NCBI GenBank assembly: GCA_963643225.1
Contig: CAVIIX010000004.1
Location: forward strand, 37,291 to 101,290
DNA length: 64,000 bases
Source of the DNA: Lachnospiraceae bacterium
GTDB taxonomy: Bacteria; Bacillota; Clostridia; Lachnospirales; Lachnospiraceae
Direction: 5' to 3'
In this document: one piece after another, positions 39,872 through 49,266 of the stretch
Layout of the letters: each line of letters begins with the position of its first letter
How positions within the stretch are numbered: the stretch's first letter is position 1
Translations under genes and position numbers: made by a program
The notes under the pieces: model-generated
Told to the model about the DNA's origin: nothing
Database searches by the model: none
The model's input: the letters and a program-made list of their open reading frames with translations, nothing else

Positions 39872-41614
39872 TTACATTCTGTCTCTTACTTTTGAATTGA
39901 TGGAAGCATATAAATCTGCAACCAAAGCCTTGGCTTCCTTAAGAATATCTTCTTTTGCCACAAGCTTCTGTACACTCTTGTCTCTTGTTGAAAGCTCAAC
40001 CATGCCGTTTGCGAGGTTCTTTGGACCTATAGTAATTCTTACAGGCACTCCTAAGAGGTCTGCATCTGCAAACATAAAGCCTGCACTTACGTCTCTGTCG
40101 TCGTAGATTACTTCATAGCCTTCATTTTCAAGCTCCTTGTAGAGAAAATCAGACAATTCCTTACATTCAGCATTGTCGCGTCTCATACAGCATAAGTGTA
40201 CTTCCCAGGGAGCGATGGTGATGGGCCAGATAGGACCTCTGTCATCGTGGCTTGCTTCACATACAGAAGCTGCAAGCCTGCCGACGCCGATACCATAGCA
40301 ACCCATGATGGGAGTATTTACGGAACCGTCTTCAGCAGTGTAGGTCATGTTCATGCTCTTTGAATATTTGGTACCAAGCTGGAAAATATTACCTACTTCA
40401 ATGCCTCGGCTGATACGAATTGTTCTTTTGCCGCAGCAGGGGCAGATGTCGCCGGTGCGAATCTTTGCTACGTCTACATATTCAACGTCACCAATATCGC
40501 GCTTGATGTTAAGGCCTACGTAGTGGTAGTTTTCTTCGTTGGCACCTGCGCAAAGGTTTTCGATGCCCTCTAAGGATTTATCATATATGATTTTGCATTT
40601 TGCATTCTGGTTGTAGGGGCCACAGAAGCCAGGAACCAAACCTGATTTTGCAGTAACCTCAGCGGGGTGTACCTTGCTCTTTAAATAATTTGTAAGCTTT
40701 GTTTCGTTGACCTCGTAGTCACCGCGTAAGAAGACTACAATATATTCGTCTGTGCAGTTATCCTGATACATAACTGCCTTACAGGATTCTTCAACCTTTG
40801 AATTAAGGAAACCAACCACATCCTCGATGGTCTTCATATGAGGAGTTTCAATTTTCTTTAGCTCGGACGCGGGAGCAGAGCCTGTATTATCCACGATACA
40901 GTCGGCAGCCTCCATGTTGGCACTGTAACCGCAGTCGTCGCAGAGCACGATTGAATCTTCGCCGGCATCTGTTAAAAGCATGTATTCGTGGGAAACGTTA
41001 CCGCCTATCATACCTGAGTCTGACTTGACGGAAATAACCTCTGGCACGCCTGCACGCTCAAAAATCCTGAAATAGGAGTTTGCCATGATGCCGTAATATC
41101 TCTCAAGATCCTCCTGGGAGGTGTGGAAGGAATAAGCATCCTTCATGGTGAACTCTCTTACACGGATAAGACCGGCACGGGGACGGGCTTCATCGCGGAA
41201 TTTTGTCTGAATCTGATATATTGAAAAAGGATACTTGGCATAGGAGCTTCCGTATTCTCTTACAAGCTGAACAGCTGCTTCCTCATGGGTCATACCAAGC
41301 ACCATGGAGGTGTTGTTTCTGTCTGTAAATCTTAAGAGCTCATCGCCTACGGATTCAAATCTTCCGGACTCCTCCCAAAGAGCACCCGGAAGCACTACAG
41401 GAAATAAAACCTCCTGTGAATCTGCAGCATCCATTTCTTCTCTGATAATGTTTTCAATCTTTGCGGTAATGCGCTTCATGGGAGGGTAGAGTGAATAAAT
41501 ACCGTTTGAAACGTATTTAATATAGCCGCCTCTTAATGATAATGCGTGGCTGTCGATTACACAGTCGGCTGGTCTTTCCTTGAATCTTAATCCTACAAGA
41601 TTATTAAGTTTCAT
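39872..41614 (-). CDS. proS: Prolyl-tRNA synthetase (bacterial type with insertion/editing domain)
   Basis: LGMTHEE, QIQTKFRDEARPRAGLIRVREFTMKDAYSF, GIEVGNIFQLGTKYS, MGCYGIGVGR. Confidence 0.97.
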   Translation of the reverse strand: MKLNNLVGLRFKERPADCVIDSHALSLRGGYIKYVSNGIYSLYPPMKRITAKIENIIREEMDAADSQEVLFPVVLPGALWEESGRFESVGDELLRFTDRNNTSMVLGMTHEEAAVQLVREYGSSYAKYPFSIYQIQTKFRDEARPRAGLIRVREFTMKDAYSFHTSQEDLERYYGIMANSYFRIFERAGVPEVISVKSDSGMIGGNVSHEYMLLTDAGEDSIVLCDDCGYSANMEAADCIVDNTGSAPASELKKIETPHMKTIEDVVGFLNSKVEESCKAVMYQDNCTDEYIVVFLRGDYEVNETKLTNYLKSKVHPAEVTAKSGLVPGFCGPYNQNAKCKIIYDKSLEGIENLCAGANEENYHYVGLNIKRDIGDVEYVDVAKIRTGDICPCCGKRTIRISRGIEVGNIFQLGTKYSKSMNMTYTAEDGSVNTPIMGCYGIGVGRLAASVCEASHDDRGPIWPITIAPWEVHLCCMRRDNAECKELSDFLYKELENEGYEVIYDDRDVSAGFMFADADLLGVPVRITIGPKNLANGMVELSTRDKSVQKLVAKEDILKEAKALVADLYASINSKVRDRM

Positions 41615-41776
41615 GTCTTTTTTCCTTTATATATATTATATTTCAAAGTTTCTAAAAAAAGATAACACTCAAAGCACCGTTTGTCAATCAGACGCCCTTG
41701 AGAAATCCCCATTTTTCCGATAAAATAAAACCTGATATAAAATATTGTGCGGCTTTGTGACAGGTAAAGGTGAGCA

Positions 41777-43363
41777 ATGAATAAATTTTTCTCTGAACGC
41801 GGAATTTCAAGACGAAACGGAATAATAAGAATGGTACTTGTGGCGCTTTCTGTTATTTTGGAGGTGGTGCTTCTTGTGATGCTTTCCCTCAATATAAGTA
41901 AGGCATTCGAATGGATTAACATTGCCACAAGAATAATTGCGGCGTTTTTTGCACTGTGTATATGCTCAAAATACCGCACAACTGCAATGAAAATGCCCTG
42001 GGTGTTCATAATGCTTATGTTCCCAGTTATGGGAATAACACTGTTTTTCTTTATCGGCTTAAACGGCAGCACTTATAAAATGAAGAAACGGTTTAAAAAA
42101 ATTGATGAAATACTTTTTACTTTGCTGCCTGATGATAAAGCTTCAATTGAAGCCTTTGAAAAAGAGGATTTATCAATAGCAGGAATTTCAAAATACATTA
42201 GAAATAATGCTAAATATCCGGTTTATAAGGATGTGCCGGTACGCTTCTTTAGCGATACTGTTGAAGCCTTAAGCGCTCAGGTTGAAGCCATGAAGGGCGC
42301 TAAAAAATTTATTTTCATGGAATATTTTGCTTTCCAGAACGCTAAGGCCTGGAAAATGATTGAAGAAGTGCTTGTTAAAAAGGCAAAAGAAGGGGTTGAT
42401 GTAAGAGTTTTTTACGATGACCTTGGCAGCATCGGCTTTGTCAACACGGATTTTGCAAAGGATTTATCAAAAAAGGGCATTAACTGCCGTATTTTTAATC
42501 CCTTTACCTTTGGAGCAAATCTTTTTTTGAACAATAGAGACCACAGGAAAATAACGGTTATCGACGGTGAATACTGCTTTACAGGCGGCTACAATATTGC
42601 CGATGAATATTTTAATTTCACTCATCCTTTCGGTAACTGGAAGGATACAGGCATTGAAATTTTGGGGGAAGCCGTGCAGAGCTACACGGATATGTTCCTT
42701 GAAATGTGGAATGCAATCAGAACCGATGATTTGGATGATACTGATTTTAATATGTATTTTTCGTCAAAAGAAAAATTTTCTTTTGATGAAAAATCAATGC
42801 AGGGATTTAGCCTTGCAAAATTTTTACAGCCCTATGCGGATTCGCCGCTCGATAACGAGCAGGTGGGAGAGAATGTTTATATAAGTATCATCGAAAAGGC
42901 AGAAAAATACTGCTATTTTGTGACGCCTTACCTGATCATCTCAGATGAAATGATGCATGCCTTTTCTTTAGCTTCAAAGAGGGGCGTTGATGTAAGAATC
43001 ATTACTCCGGGGATCCCCGACAAAAAAATTGTGTATAGTGTCACCCGTTCATTTTATAATGGGCTTGCGAGAAACGGCGTAAGAATTTATGAATGGACTC
43101 CAGGCTTTGTGCATGCAAAAATGTGTGTTTCTGATGATAAGCTTGCTACCTGCGGCACCATAAATTTAGATTACAGAAGTCTTTATCACCATTTTGAGAA
43201 TGGCTGTCTGATTTACGGAGGGGAAGTTATTTTTGATATTCTTAAGGATTTTAACAAAATGTTTTATGAATCTACAGAAGTAACTTTAAAATACAGTACC
43301 GACCGCTCAGGCTTCTTACGCTTAGGCCAGCTTGTGCTGCGCCTCTTTTCAGGCCTCTTATAA
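41777..43363 (+). CDS. cls: Cardiolipin synthase
   Basis: N-terminal TM helices and two HKD motifs (RDHRKITVIDG, HAKMCVSD...GTINLDYRS). Confidence 0.93.
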   Translation: MNKFFSERGISRRNGIIRMVLVALSVILEVVLLVMLSLNISKAFEWINIATRIIAAFFALCICSKYRTTAMKMPWVFIMLMFPVMGITLFFFIGLNGSTYKMKKRFKKIDEILFTLLPDDKASIEAFEKEDLSIAGISKYIRNNAKYPVYKDVPVRFFSDTVEALSAQVEAMKGAKKFIFMEYFAFQNAKAWKMIEEVLVKKAKEGVDVRVFYDDLGSIGFVNTDFAKDLSKKGINCRIFNPFTFGANLFLNNRDHRKITVIDGEYCFTGGYNIADEYFNFTHPFGNWKDTGIEILGEAVQSYTDMFLEMWNAIRTDDLDDTDFNMYFSSKEKFSFDEKSMQGFSLAKFLQPYADSPLDNEQVGENVYISIIEKAEKYCYFVTPYLIISDEMMHAFSLASKRGVDVRIITPGIPDKKIVYSVTRSFYNGLARNGVRIYEWTPGFVHAKMCVSDDKLATCGTINLDYRSLYHHFENGCLIYGGEVIFDILKDFNKMFYESTEVTLKYSTDRSGFLRLGQLVLRLFSGLL

Positions 43364-43478
43364 TGCACATCATAGCTGATATCAAGCTTCATTTGGGATA
43401 TTTTTAGCAAAAGTTGATGGGAAATTGCATTCGTCGGTTTGTAAAATGAAATTACATATAAGAAGGGAGACTAAATTT

Positions 43479-44276
43479 ATGGCAAATCTTAATATTGAAA
43501 TGTTTTCAAACTGTCTTAAAAGGACTGTAGCTTTTAAAATGGTAATTCCTAATGATAAACGAATAGAGGAAATTGATGCCTTAAAGGAAAATCCGTATTA
43601 CAAGCGGGATATGAGAGTTGTTTTTCTTTTGCATGGGTATACAGGGAAGGGCTATAACTGGATTCCTGAAGAGCTTGTTAATAAATATAATTTTGCTGTG
43701 GTGTGCCCGGATGGTGAAAACAGCTTTTGGCTCAATGGACTTTCATCAGGTCATGCCTATCAGTCCTTTGTGGGAGAAGAACTTGCAGAATACGTACGTA
43801 AAACCTTTGGCCTTGGATTAAAACCTGAAAATACCTACACTTGTGGCTTTAGCATGGGGGGCTTTGGTGCACTTCACACAGCCTTGGCATATCCGGACGT
43901 GTTTTCAAAAGCCGCTGCTTTAAGCTCTGCTCTTATTCAGGGAGAGGTAGCTAAAATGAAGCCGGGTTTTGGTAACGGTGTTGCAAATTATGAATATTAC
44001 AGGGAATGCTTTGGAGAACCGGATGAATTAATGGAATCTGAAAATGCGCCGGAGGTTTTAGTTAAAAAGATTTTAAACAGTAACGGGACTCTGAAAATGC
44101 CTGAAATCTATATGGCCTGCGGAACGGAAGATTTTTTAATTGAAAATAACCGTGAAATGCATAAATTTTTAGATGAAAACAAGGTAAATCATACATATCT
44201 TGAATGGGCTGGTGTCCATGACATGAAATTCTGGCTTGAGGCTGTTGAAAGATTTATACCGATGATGATGGTATAA
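43479..44276 (+). CDS. Alpha/beta-hydrolase esterase (CE1/tributyrin esterase-like)
   Basis: FLLHGYTG, GFSMGG nucleophile elbow, CGTEDFL, GVHDMKFW. ATG at 43479 follows GGGAG. Confidence 0.85.
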   Translation: MANLNIEMFSNCLKRTVAFKMVIPNDKRIEEIDALKENPYYKRDMRVVFLLHGYTGKGYNWIPEELVNKYNFAVVCPDGENSFWLNGLSSGHAYQSFVGEELAEYVRKTFGLGLKPENTYTCGFSMGGFGALHTALAYPDVFSKAAALSSALIQGEVAKMKPGFGNGVANYEYYRECFGEPDELMESENAPEVLVKKILNSNGTLKMPEIYMACGTEDFLIENNREMHKFLDENKVNHTYLEWAGVHDMKFWLEAVERFIPMMMV

Positions 44277-44368
44277 AAAGCTATGAACAAAGTTTCATTA
44301 ATTCTTAAATTGATTAAGATATGAAAATACCTTATAATGCTTAGAGATAAACATTTAGAGGTGTTGAG

Positions 44369-45364
44369 ATGATTATTACAAGAACTCCCTTCAGAATGAG
44401 CTTTGCGGGTGGTGGAAGCGACATTGCAAGCTTTTATGAAAAGCATGGCGGATGCGTGCTGAGTACAGGTATTAATAAATATATGTACATAAACATTCAC
44501 CCAAGCTTTAACAAGGACGAGACAATTCTTAAATATTCAAAGACTGAGAGAGTTACGGACATTAACGAAGTTGAGCATAACTATTTCAGGGAGATTTTGA
44601 GAAAGCTTGATTTACAGGGAGTTGAAATTGCAAGCACGGCGGATGTGCCGGCAGGCACCGGGCTTGGTTCTTCAAGCTCCTTTGCCGTAGGCGTGCTTCA
44701 TGCGCTTTACAGCTATAAGGGCACCTTCGTGTCAAAGGAAAGACTCGCAAGAGAAGCCTGCGAAATTGAAATAGACATTTTGAAAAACCCTATCGGCAAG
44801 CAGGATCAGTATGCAGCAGCCTACGGCGGTTTGAATTTCTATGAATTTAATAAGGACGGAAGCGTTTCTGTTGAGCCCGTTATTATGGATGATAACAGAA
44901 AGCACGAGCTTGAAAAGAATTTAATGATGTTCTATACGGGACAGCTTCATTCGGCTTCCGCAATTTTAAAGGAGCAGAGTAAAAACGTCACATCCGGCGA
45001 TAAGGAAGTCAATCAGTTAAAGCTGTGTGACCTTGCTAAGAATTTACGTGACGAGCTTCATAAAAACAACATAGACAGCCTCGGCGAAATTCTTCACGAA
45101 GGCTGGCTTTTAAAGAAAACCCTTGCAAGCGGCATTTCAAATCCTTTAATTGACGAAAACTACGAACTTGCAAGAAAAGCAGGCGCTGTCGGCGGAAAGC
45201 TTTTAGGCGCAGGCGGCGGTGGCTTTTTACTTATGTACGTGCCTAAAGACAAGCAGGGAAGCGTCCGTAACGCAGTTAAGCTTCCTCAGATGCAGATGGC
45301 ATTTGACAACCATGGTTCACAGGTAATTTACGTAGGAGACAAGCCCGACACCTGGGTTAAATAA
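44369..45364 (+). CDS. hddA: D-glycero-alpha-D-manno-heptose 7-phosphate kinase (GHMP family)
   Basis: RTPFRMSFAGGGSD, PAGTGLGSSSS, GKQDQYAAAYGG, GGKLLGAGGGGF, plus operon context. Confidence 0.85.
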   Translation: MIITRTPFRMSFAGGGSDIASFYEKHGGCVLSTGINKYMYINIHPSFNKDETILKYSKTERVTDINEVEHNYFREILRKLDLQGVEIASTADVPAGTGLGSSSSFAVGVLHALYSYKGTFVSKERLAREACEIEIDILKNPIGKQDQYAAAYGGLNFYEFNKDGSVSVEPVIMDDNRKHELEKNLMMFYTGQLHSASAILKEQSKNVTSGDKEVNQLKLCDLAKNLRDELHKNNIDSLGEILHEGWLLKKTLASGISNPLIDENYELARKAGAVGGKLLGAGGGGFLLMYVPKDKQGSVRNAVKLPQMQMAFDNHGSQVIYVGDKPDTWVK

Positions 45365-45367
45365 AAT

Positions 45368-46663
45368 ATGCAGGCAGTAATTATGGCGGGAGGCAAGGGT
45401 ACACGTCTTGCTTCCGTTACAAAGGATATTCCAAAGCCCATGGTGCCAATTGACGGACGCCCTCTTTTGGAATACCAGATAGAAAATTTAAAAAAGTGCG
45501 GTGTTACGGACCTTTTAATGGTGGTGGGGCACTTAGGGGACGTTATCAGAAACCATTTTAAGGATGGCCACGATTTTAACGTTAACATCACGTATTTTAC
45601 TGAAGAAACTCCTCTTGGTACGGCGGGGGCCCTGGGCCTGTTAAAGGACCGCCTTGAAGAAGAGTTTATTCTTGTGTTTGGAGATTTATTCATTAACGTT
45701 GATTTCAATAAATTCTTTTCCTTTGCAAAGGAAAAGGATGCAGATATCACGTTATTTGCTCATCCAAATTCACATCCCTTCGATAGCGATATATTAATTT
45801 CAGACAGTGAAAAGAAAGTGACAGGGTGGAACTCAAAGCATTCTGTCAGGACCGAAGATTATAAAAACCTCGTAAATGCAGGTTTATATGTCGTCAAAAG
45901 AAAAATCGTTGACTTAATTAAGGAAAACGAAAAAACTGATTTAGAAAAAGACATAATCGTACCATTAATAGATTCTTGCAGAATTTTTGCATACGAGAGC
46001 ACCGAATACGTTAAGGATCTGGGCACGCCAAAGCGTTTGGAAAAGGTCACAAGGGATTTTCATAACGGTATAACGGAAGCAAGAAACCTAAGTCATAAAC
46101 AAAAGTGCATTTTCCTTGACAGAGACGGTACCGTCACTAAATATAAGGGGCTTATAAAAAGACCTGAGGATTTAGAGCTTGAGGATACGGCGGCAGAAGC
46201 TATTAGGCTTATAAATGAATCTGAATACCTTGCGGTTATCATTACAAACCAGCCTGTTATTGCAAGGGGCGAATGCAGCTTTAAAACAATGGAAAAAATC
46301 CACAATAGGATGTACACTTTACTGGGTAAGGAAGGCGCCTTTGTGGACGGACTTTTCTTTTGTCCACATCATCCGGATGCAGGATATGATGGCGAAATAA
46401 AAGAGCTTAAAATAAAGTGTGACTGCAGAAAGCCGGGAATCGGTATGTTTTTAAAGGCAAGAGACACCTTTAACATCGATTTTGAAAAATCCTATATGAT
46501 AGGAGATACGGGAATGGATGTGGAAGCAGGCTTTAACGCAGGAGTTAAGACCATTAAGCTTACAGGGGGAGATACAAAGGATGATCCAAGATACCCAAGG
46601 AAGCCGGATTTTTATGCAGATTCATTACTTGATGCGGTTAATATTGCCATAAAAAAGCAATGA
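45368..46663 (+). CDS. Fused heptose-1-phosphate nucleotidyltransferase (HddC-like) and heptose-1,7-bisphosphate phosphatase (GmhB-like)
   Basis: N-terminal AVIMAGGKGTRL...PKPM, ETPLGTAG. C-terminal HAD-IIIA FLDRDGT, ITNQPVIARG, CPHHP, CDCRKP, MIGD. Confidence 0.88.
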   Translation: MQAVIMAGGKGTRLASVTKDIPKPMVPIDGRPLLEYQIENLKKCGVTDLLMVVGHLGDVIRNHFKDGHDFNVNITYFTEETPLGTAGALGLLKDRLEEEFILVFGDLFINVDFNKFFSFAKEKDADITLFAHPNSHPFDSDILISDSEKKVTGWNSKHSVRTEDYKNLVNAGLYVVKRKIVDLIKENEKTDLEKDIIVPLIDSCRIFAYESTEYVKDLGTPKRLEKVTRDFHNGITEARNLSHKQKCIFLDRDGTVTKYKGLIKRPEDLELEDTAAEAIRLINESEYLAVIITNQPVIARGECSFKTMEKIHNRMYTLLGKEGAFVDGLFFCPHHPDAGYDGEIKELKIKCDCRKPGIGMFLKARDTFNIDFEKSYMIGDTGMDVEAGFNAGVKTIKLTGGDTKDDPRYPRKPDFYADSLLDAVNIAIKKQ

Positions 46664-46684
46664 CCAAAGAGAAAGAGATTATGT

Positions 46685-47251
46685 ATGATAAAAGAAAAAA
46701 TACTTGATTATTATGAAAAAGAAATTAAGACCATCAGAGCAATGGACTTTGACGAAATCGCAAGAGCCGTTGAAGCAATTAAGGATGCATATGAAAGAGA
46801 TGCTACCATTTACATTTTCGGCAACGGTGGAAGTGCCTCGACAGCCTCTCATTTTGTGTGCGACTTTAACAAGGGCATAAGCGAAAACCATAAAAGGAAA
46901 TTTAACATGGTGAGCCTTAACGATAATGTGGCAACCTTAATGGCAATTGCCAACGACTTTTCTTATGATGATGTATTTTCTTATCAGTTAACGGGAAGAG
47001 TGAAGCCTACGGACTTAGTTATCGCAATTTCCGGAAGCGGCAATTCAAGGAATATTGTAAAGGGTGTTGAATATGCAAAGTCTGTGGGCTGTAAGGTGGT
47101 AGGCTTAACAGGCTTTTCTGGAGGCAGATTAAAGGAGCTTGCAGACTATAACATGCATGCAGAAATCAACGATATGCAGATAACGGAGGACATTCACATG
47201 ACGTTGGATCATATGATGTTCAGAGTGCTCACTGAGGTTTTGGAAGGATAA
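46685..47251 (+). CDS. gmhA: Phosphoheptose isomerase (SIS domain)
   Basis: FGNGGSASTASHF, AIAND, ISGSGNSRNI, LTGFSGG, QITEDIH. Confidence 0.88.
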   Translation: MIKEKILDYYEKEIKTIRAMDFDEIARAVEAIKDAYERDATIYIFGNGGSASTASHFVCDFNKGISENHKRKFNMVSLNDNVATLMAIANDFSYDDVFSYQLTGRVKPTDLVIAISGSGNSRNIVKGVEYAKSVGCKVVGLTGFSGGRLKELADYNMHAEINDMQITEDIHMTLDHMMFRVLTEVLEG

Positions 47252-47255
47252 AAGC

Positions 47256-48035
47256 ATGAGCCTTCAGGTACTTGTGTCCACGATGCACAGAATGGACCAT
47301 TCTATTCTTGATAAAATGAATATTAATTCAGATGCGATTGTGGTAAATCAGTGCGATTGTGAAAAAGATTCAGAAGAAAGCTTTGAATATAAGGGTCATA
47401 GGATTTTATGGCTTAACAGAAATGAAAGGGGTGTTGGCAAAAGCAGAAATTTAGCTTTAAGTTATGCTACAGCCGACATCGTTTTGTTTGCGGATGATGA
47501 CGTAATATACGATGATGATTACGTTTCGGTGATTGAAAAGGCTTTTTTTGAAACTAATGCCGATACCCTTATTTTCAGGGCTGATATCTTAAATGAAGCA
47601 AGAAAAGTAAATGAGGAAGAGGGCATTAAAAGACTTTCCTTATTTAACTGCACTAGATACGGCGCCTATCGAATTGCCTGCAAAAGAAAAATAATTGAAA
47701 AAGAAAACATTACTTTTTCACTGTTATTTGGCGGCGGAGCAAAATACGGAAGCGGAGAAGATTCCGTATTTACGGCAGATTTAATAAAGCATAAATGCAA
47801 GGTTTATTCAGTGCCTTATAAAATTGGCAATGTAGAACAGAGCGAATCCACATGGTTTAAGGGCTTTAACGAAAAATATTGTCATGATAAGGGAGCATTA
47901 ATGAAGACTCTTTACGGGAGACTTTGGTATCCGTTAATGATAGTGTTAATTAAAAGGCATCCCGAGCAGTATAGTGAAATCGGATTAAAGAAGGCACTTA
48001 AATATGCTAAAAAAGGAGCAGCGGAGATTAGATAA
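47256..48035 (+). CDS. GT2/GT-A glycosyltransferase
   Basis: LQVLVSTM, ERGVGKSRNLAL, FADDD, FGGGAKYGSGED. Confidence 0.85.
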   Translation: MSLQVLVSTMHRMDHSILDKMNINSDAIVVNQCDCEKDSEESFEYKGHRILWLNRNERGVGKSRNLALSYATADIVLFADDDVIYDDDYVSVIEKAFFETNADTLIFRADILNEARKVNEEEGIKRLSLFNCTRYGAYRIACKRKIIEKENITFSLLFGGGAKYGSGEDSVFTADLIKHKCKVYSVPYKIGNVEQSESTWFKGFNEKYCHDKGALMKTLYGRLWYPLMIVLIKRHPEQYSEIGLKKALKYAKKGAAEIR

Positions 48036-48095
48036 TCACCGCTGCTCCTTTACGCGTAAGGAGTAAAAATTTTCGCAAGCGAAATTTTACTCCTT
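48012..48095. terminator. Two adjacent hairpins between convergent glycosyltransferase genes
   Basis: AAAGGAGCAGCGG/CCGCTGCTCCTTT (48012-48051) and AAGGAGTAAAA..TTTCGCAAGCGAAA..TTTTACTCCTT (48058-48095). Confidence 0.7.
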
Positions 48096-48905
48096 ATTTT
48101 CTTTTTTATACATGCCCTGGATTGTGCTTTTTGGAACAGCTTTAAAAATAAAGCCTGCTGTTAATGAAGCTAACGAAAATATAGGCCTTTTAATATTAAA
48201 ATTTTTCTTTCGCACCATAGCCATGTATTTAATCTGCTTATCACTGGTGCGCTTTTTAGTGAAATTATCGCCTAGTCTGTAATTTATAATAAATTCAGGA
48301 AGATTTTGTATTTCATAGCCTTCATTTAAAATTCTTAACCATAAATCCAAATCCTCTGACATTTCCAAAGCTTCATCATAATAAAAGCCCTTTTTGATCA
48401 AATCGGCCCTGAACATTACAGCAGGGTGGGCAAGAGGATTACGGTATGCGGCAAATAATTTTAATTTAAAGCCCTTTATGGGATAGTGTCTTTCTGAAAT
48501 TATATTTGAGTCACTGTCCATCATTTTAATCTGACCGCCTAAGACGTATACATCAGGGTTTTCTTCAAGATATTTAACCTGAAGGGAAAATCTTTCCGGC
48601 AGAGAATAGTCATCACCGTCCATAATTGCGATGTATTTACCCTTTGCTTCCTTTAAGCCTGCGTTTCTTGCACCGGATAAGCCCATGCGTTCAGACTTTC
48701 TGATTATTTTGATTCGCGCATCCTTTTTAGATAATTCATTAAGGCAGCTGACTGTTTCTTCTGATTTTGAGTCATCCATTATCAAAAGCTCGAAATTTTC
48801 ATAAGACTGTTTAAGTATGCTTTCGATTGCTTCAGTTACGATTTCTGGATTTTCGTTATAGGTACCCATTATGACGGATACCTTTGGTAAAGTACCTGTA
48901 TTCAT
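48087..48905 (-). CDS. GT2 glycosyltransferase
   Basis: PKVSVIMGTYN, ESILKQSY, GLSGARN, MDGDD, HPAVMFR, SEDLDLWLR. Confidence 0.9.
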   Translation of the reverse strand: MNTGTLPKVSVIMGTYNENPEIVTEAIESILKQSYENFELLIMDDSKSEETVSCLNELSKKDARIKIIRKSERMGLSGARNAGLKEAKGKYIAIMDGDDYSLPERFSLQVKYLEENPDVYVLGGQIKMMDSDSNIISERHYPIKGFKLKLFAAYRNPLAHPAVMFRADLIKKGFYYDEALEMSEDLDLWLRILNEGYEIQNLPEFIINYRLGDNFTKKRTSDKQIKYMAMVRKKNFNIKRPIFSLASLTAGFIFKAVPKSTIQGMYKKENKE

Positions 48906-49000
48906 AGTGTTCTCTTTTGAGTATTTTATCTGTGTTTTCTTATTATAAAGGAAAGAAATAAAAATTCAAGTGTGATGCCTGAATGAAAGTTTACGTTAAT

Positions 49001-49137
49001 GATATTCGCAATTCGCTTCGATACGGCTCTACTAAAAGCGGCACTACGTGCCCAACTAGGTACTGGGTTTGTAACCTGGCACCTCGCGGGGAGCACCCAC
49101 TGCCTAAAGGCAGTGGGTTTTCTTGAGCTTTTATAAA
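49001..49137 (-). repeat. Family-A element, near full length, inverted
   Basis: The reverse complement has all modules in order: TTTATAAAAGCTCAAG, CCCACTGCCTTTAGGCAGTGGG, CGAGGTGCCAGG..CCCAGTACCT, GGCACGTAGTGCCGCTTTT, CGAAGCGAATTGCGAATATC. Confidence 0.92.
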
Positions 49138-49150
49138 TTACGGAATTGTG

Positions 49151-49179
49151 TTGACATAATAATTATCGGTTAATAAAAT
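49151..49179 (+). promoter_or_regulatory. Sigma-A-type promoter upstream of the chemoreceptor
   Basis: TTGACA-17 bp-TAAAAT. Confidence 0.65.
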
Positions 49180-49266
49180 TAAAATATAGTGGTTTTGTAG
49201 AAGCATATAGAATCTGAGAAGATTATGTGTGAATGCACAAATGAAAATTAGGAATGGAGATTACGA

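Noticed and set aside
41615..41776. T-box leader for proS
   Set aside because: The region is short and shared with divergent cls. A TTGACA-17-TATCTT promoter lies only about 45 bp upstream of the start, and no T-box consensus is seen.
41611..42072. 153-aa minus-strand ORF and the other short nested ORFs in the track (for example 45328-45750, 33593-33988, 50813-51223)
   Set aside because: They are antisense or out-of-frame shadows of well-supported genes, with no recognisable motifs.
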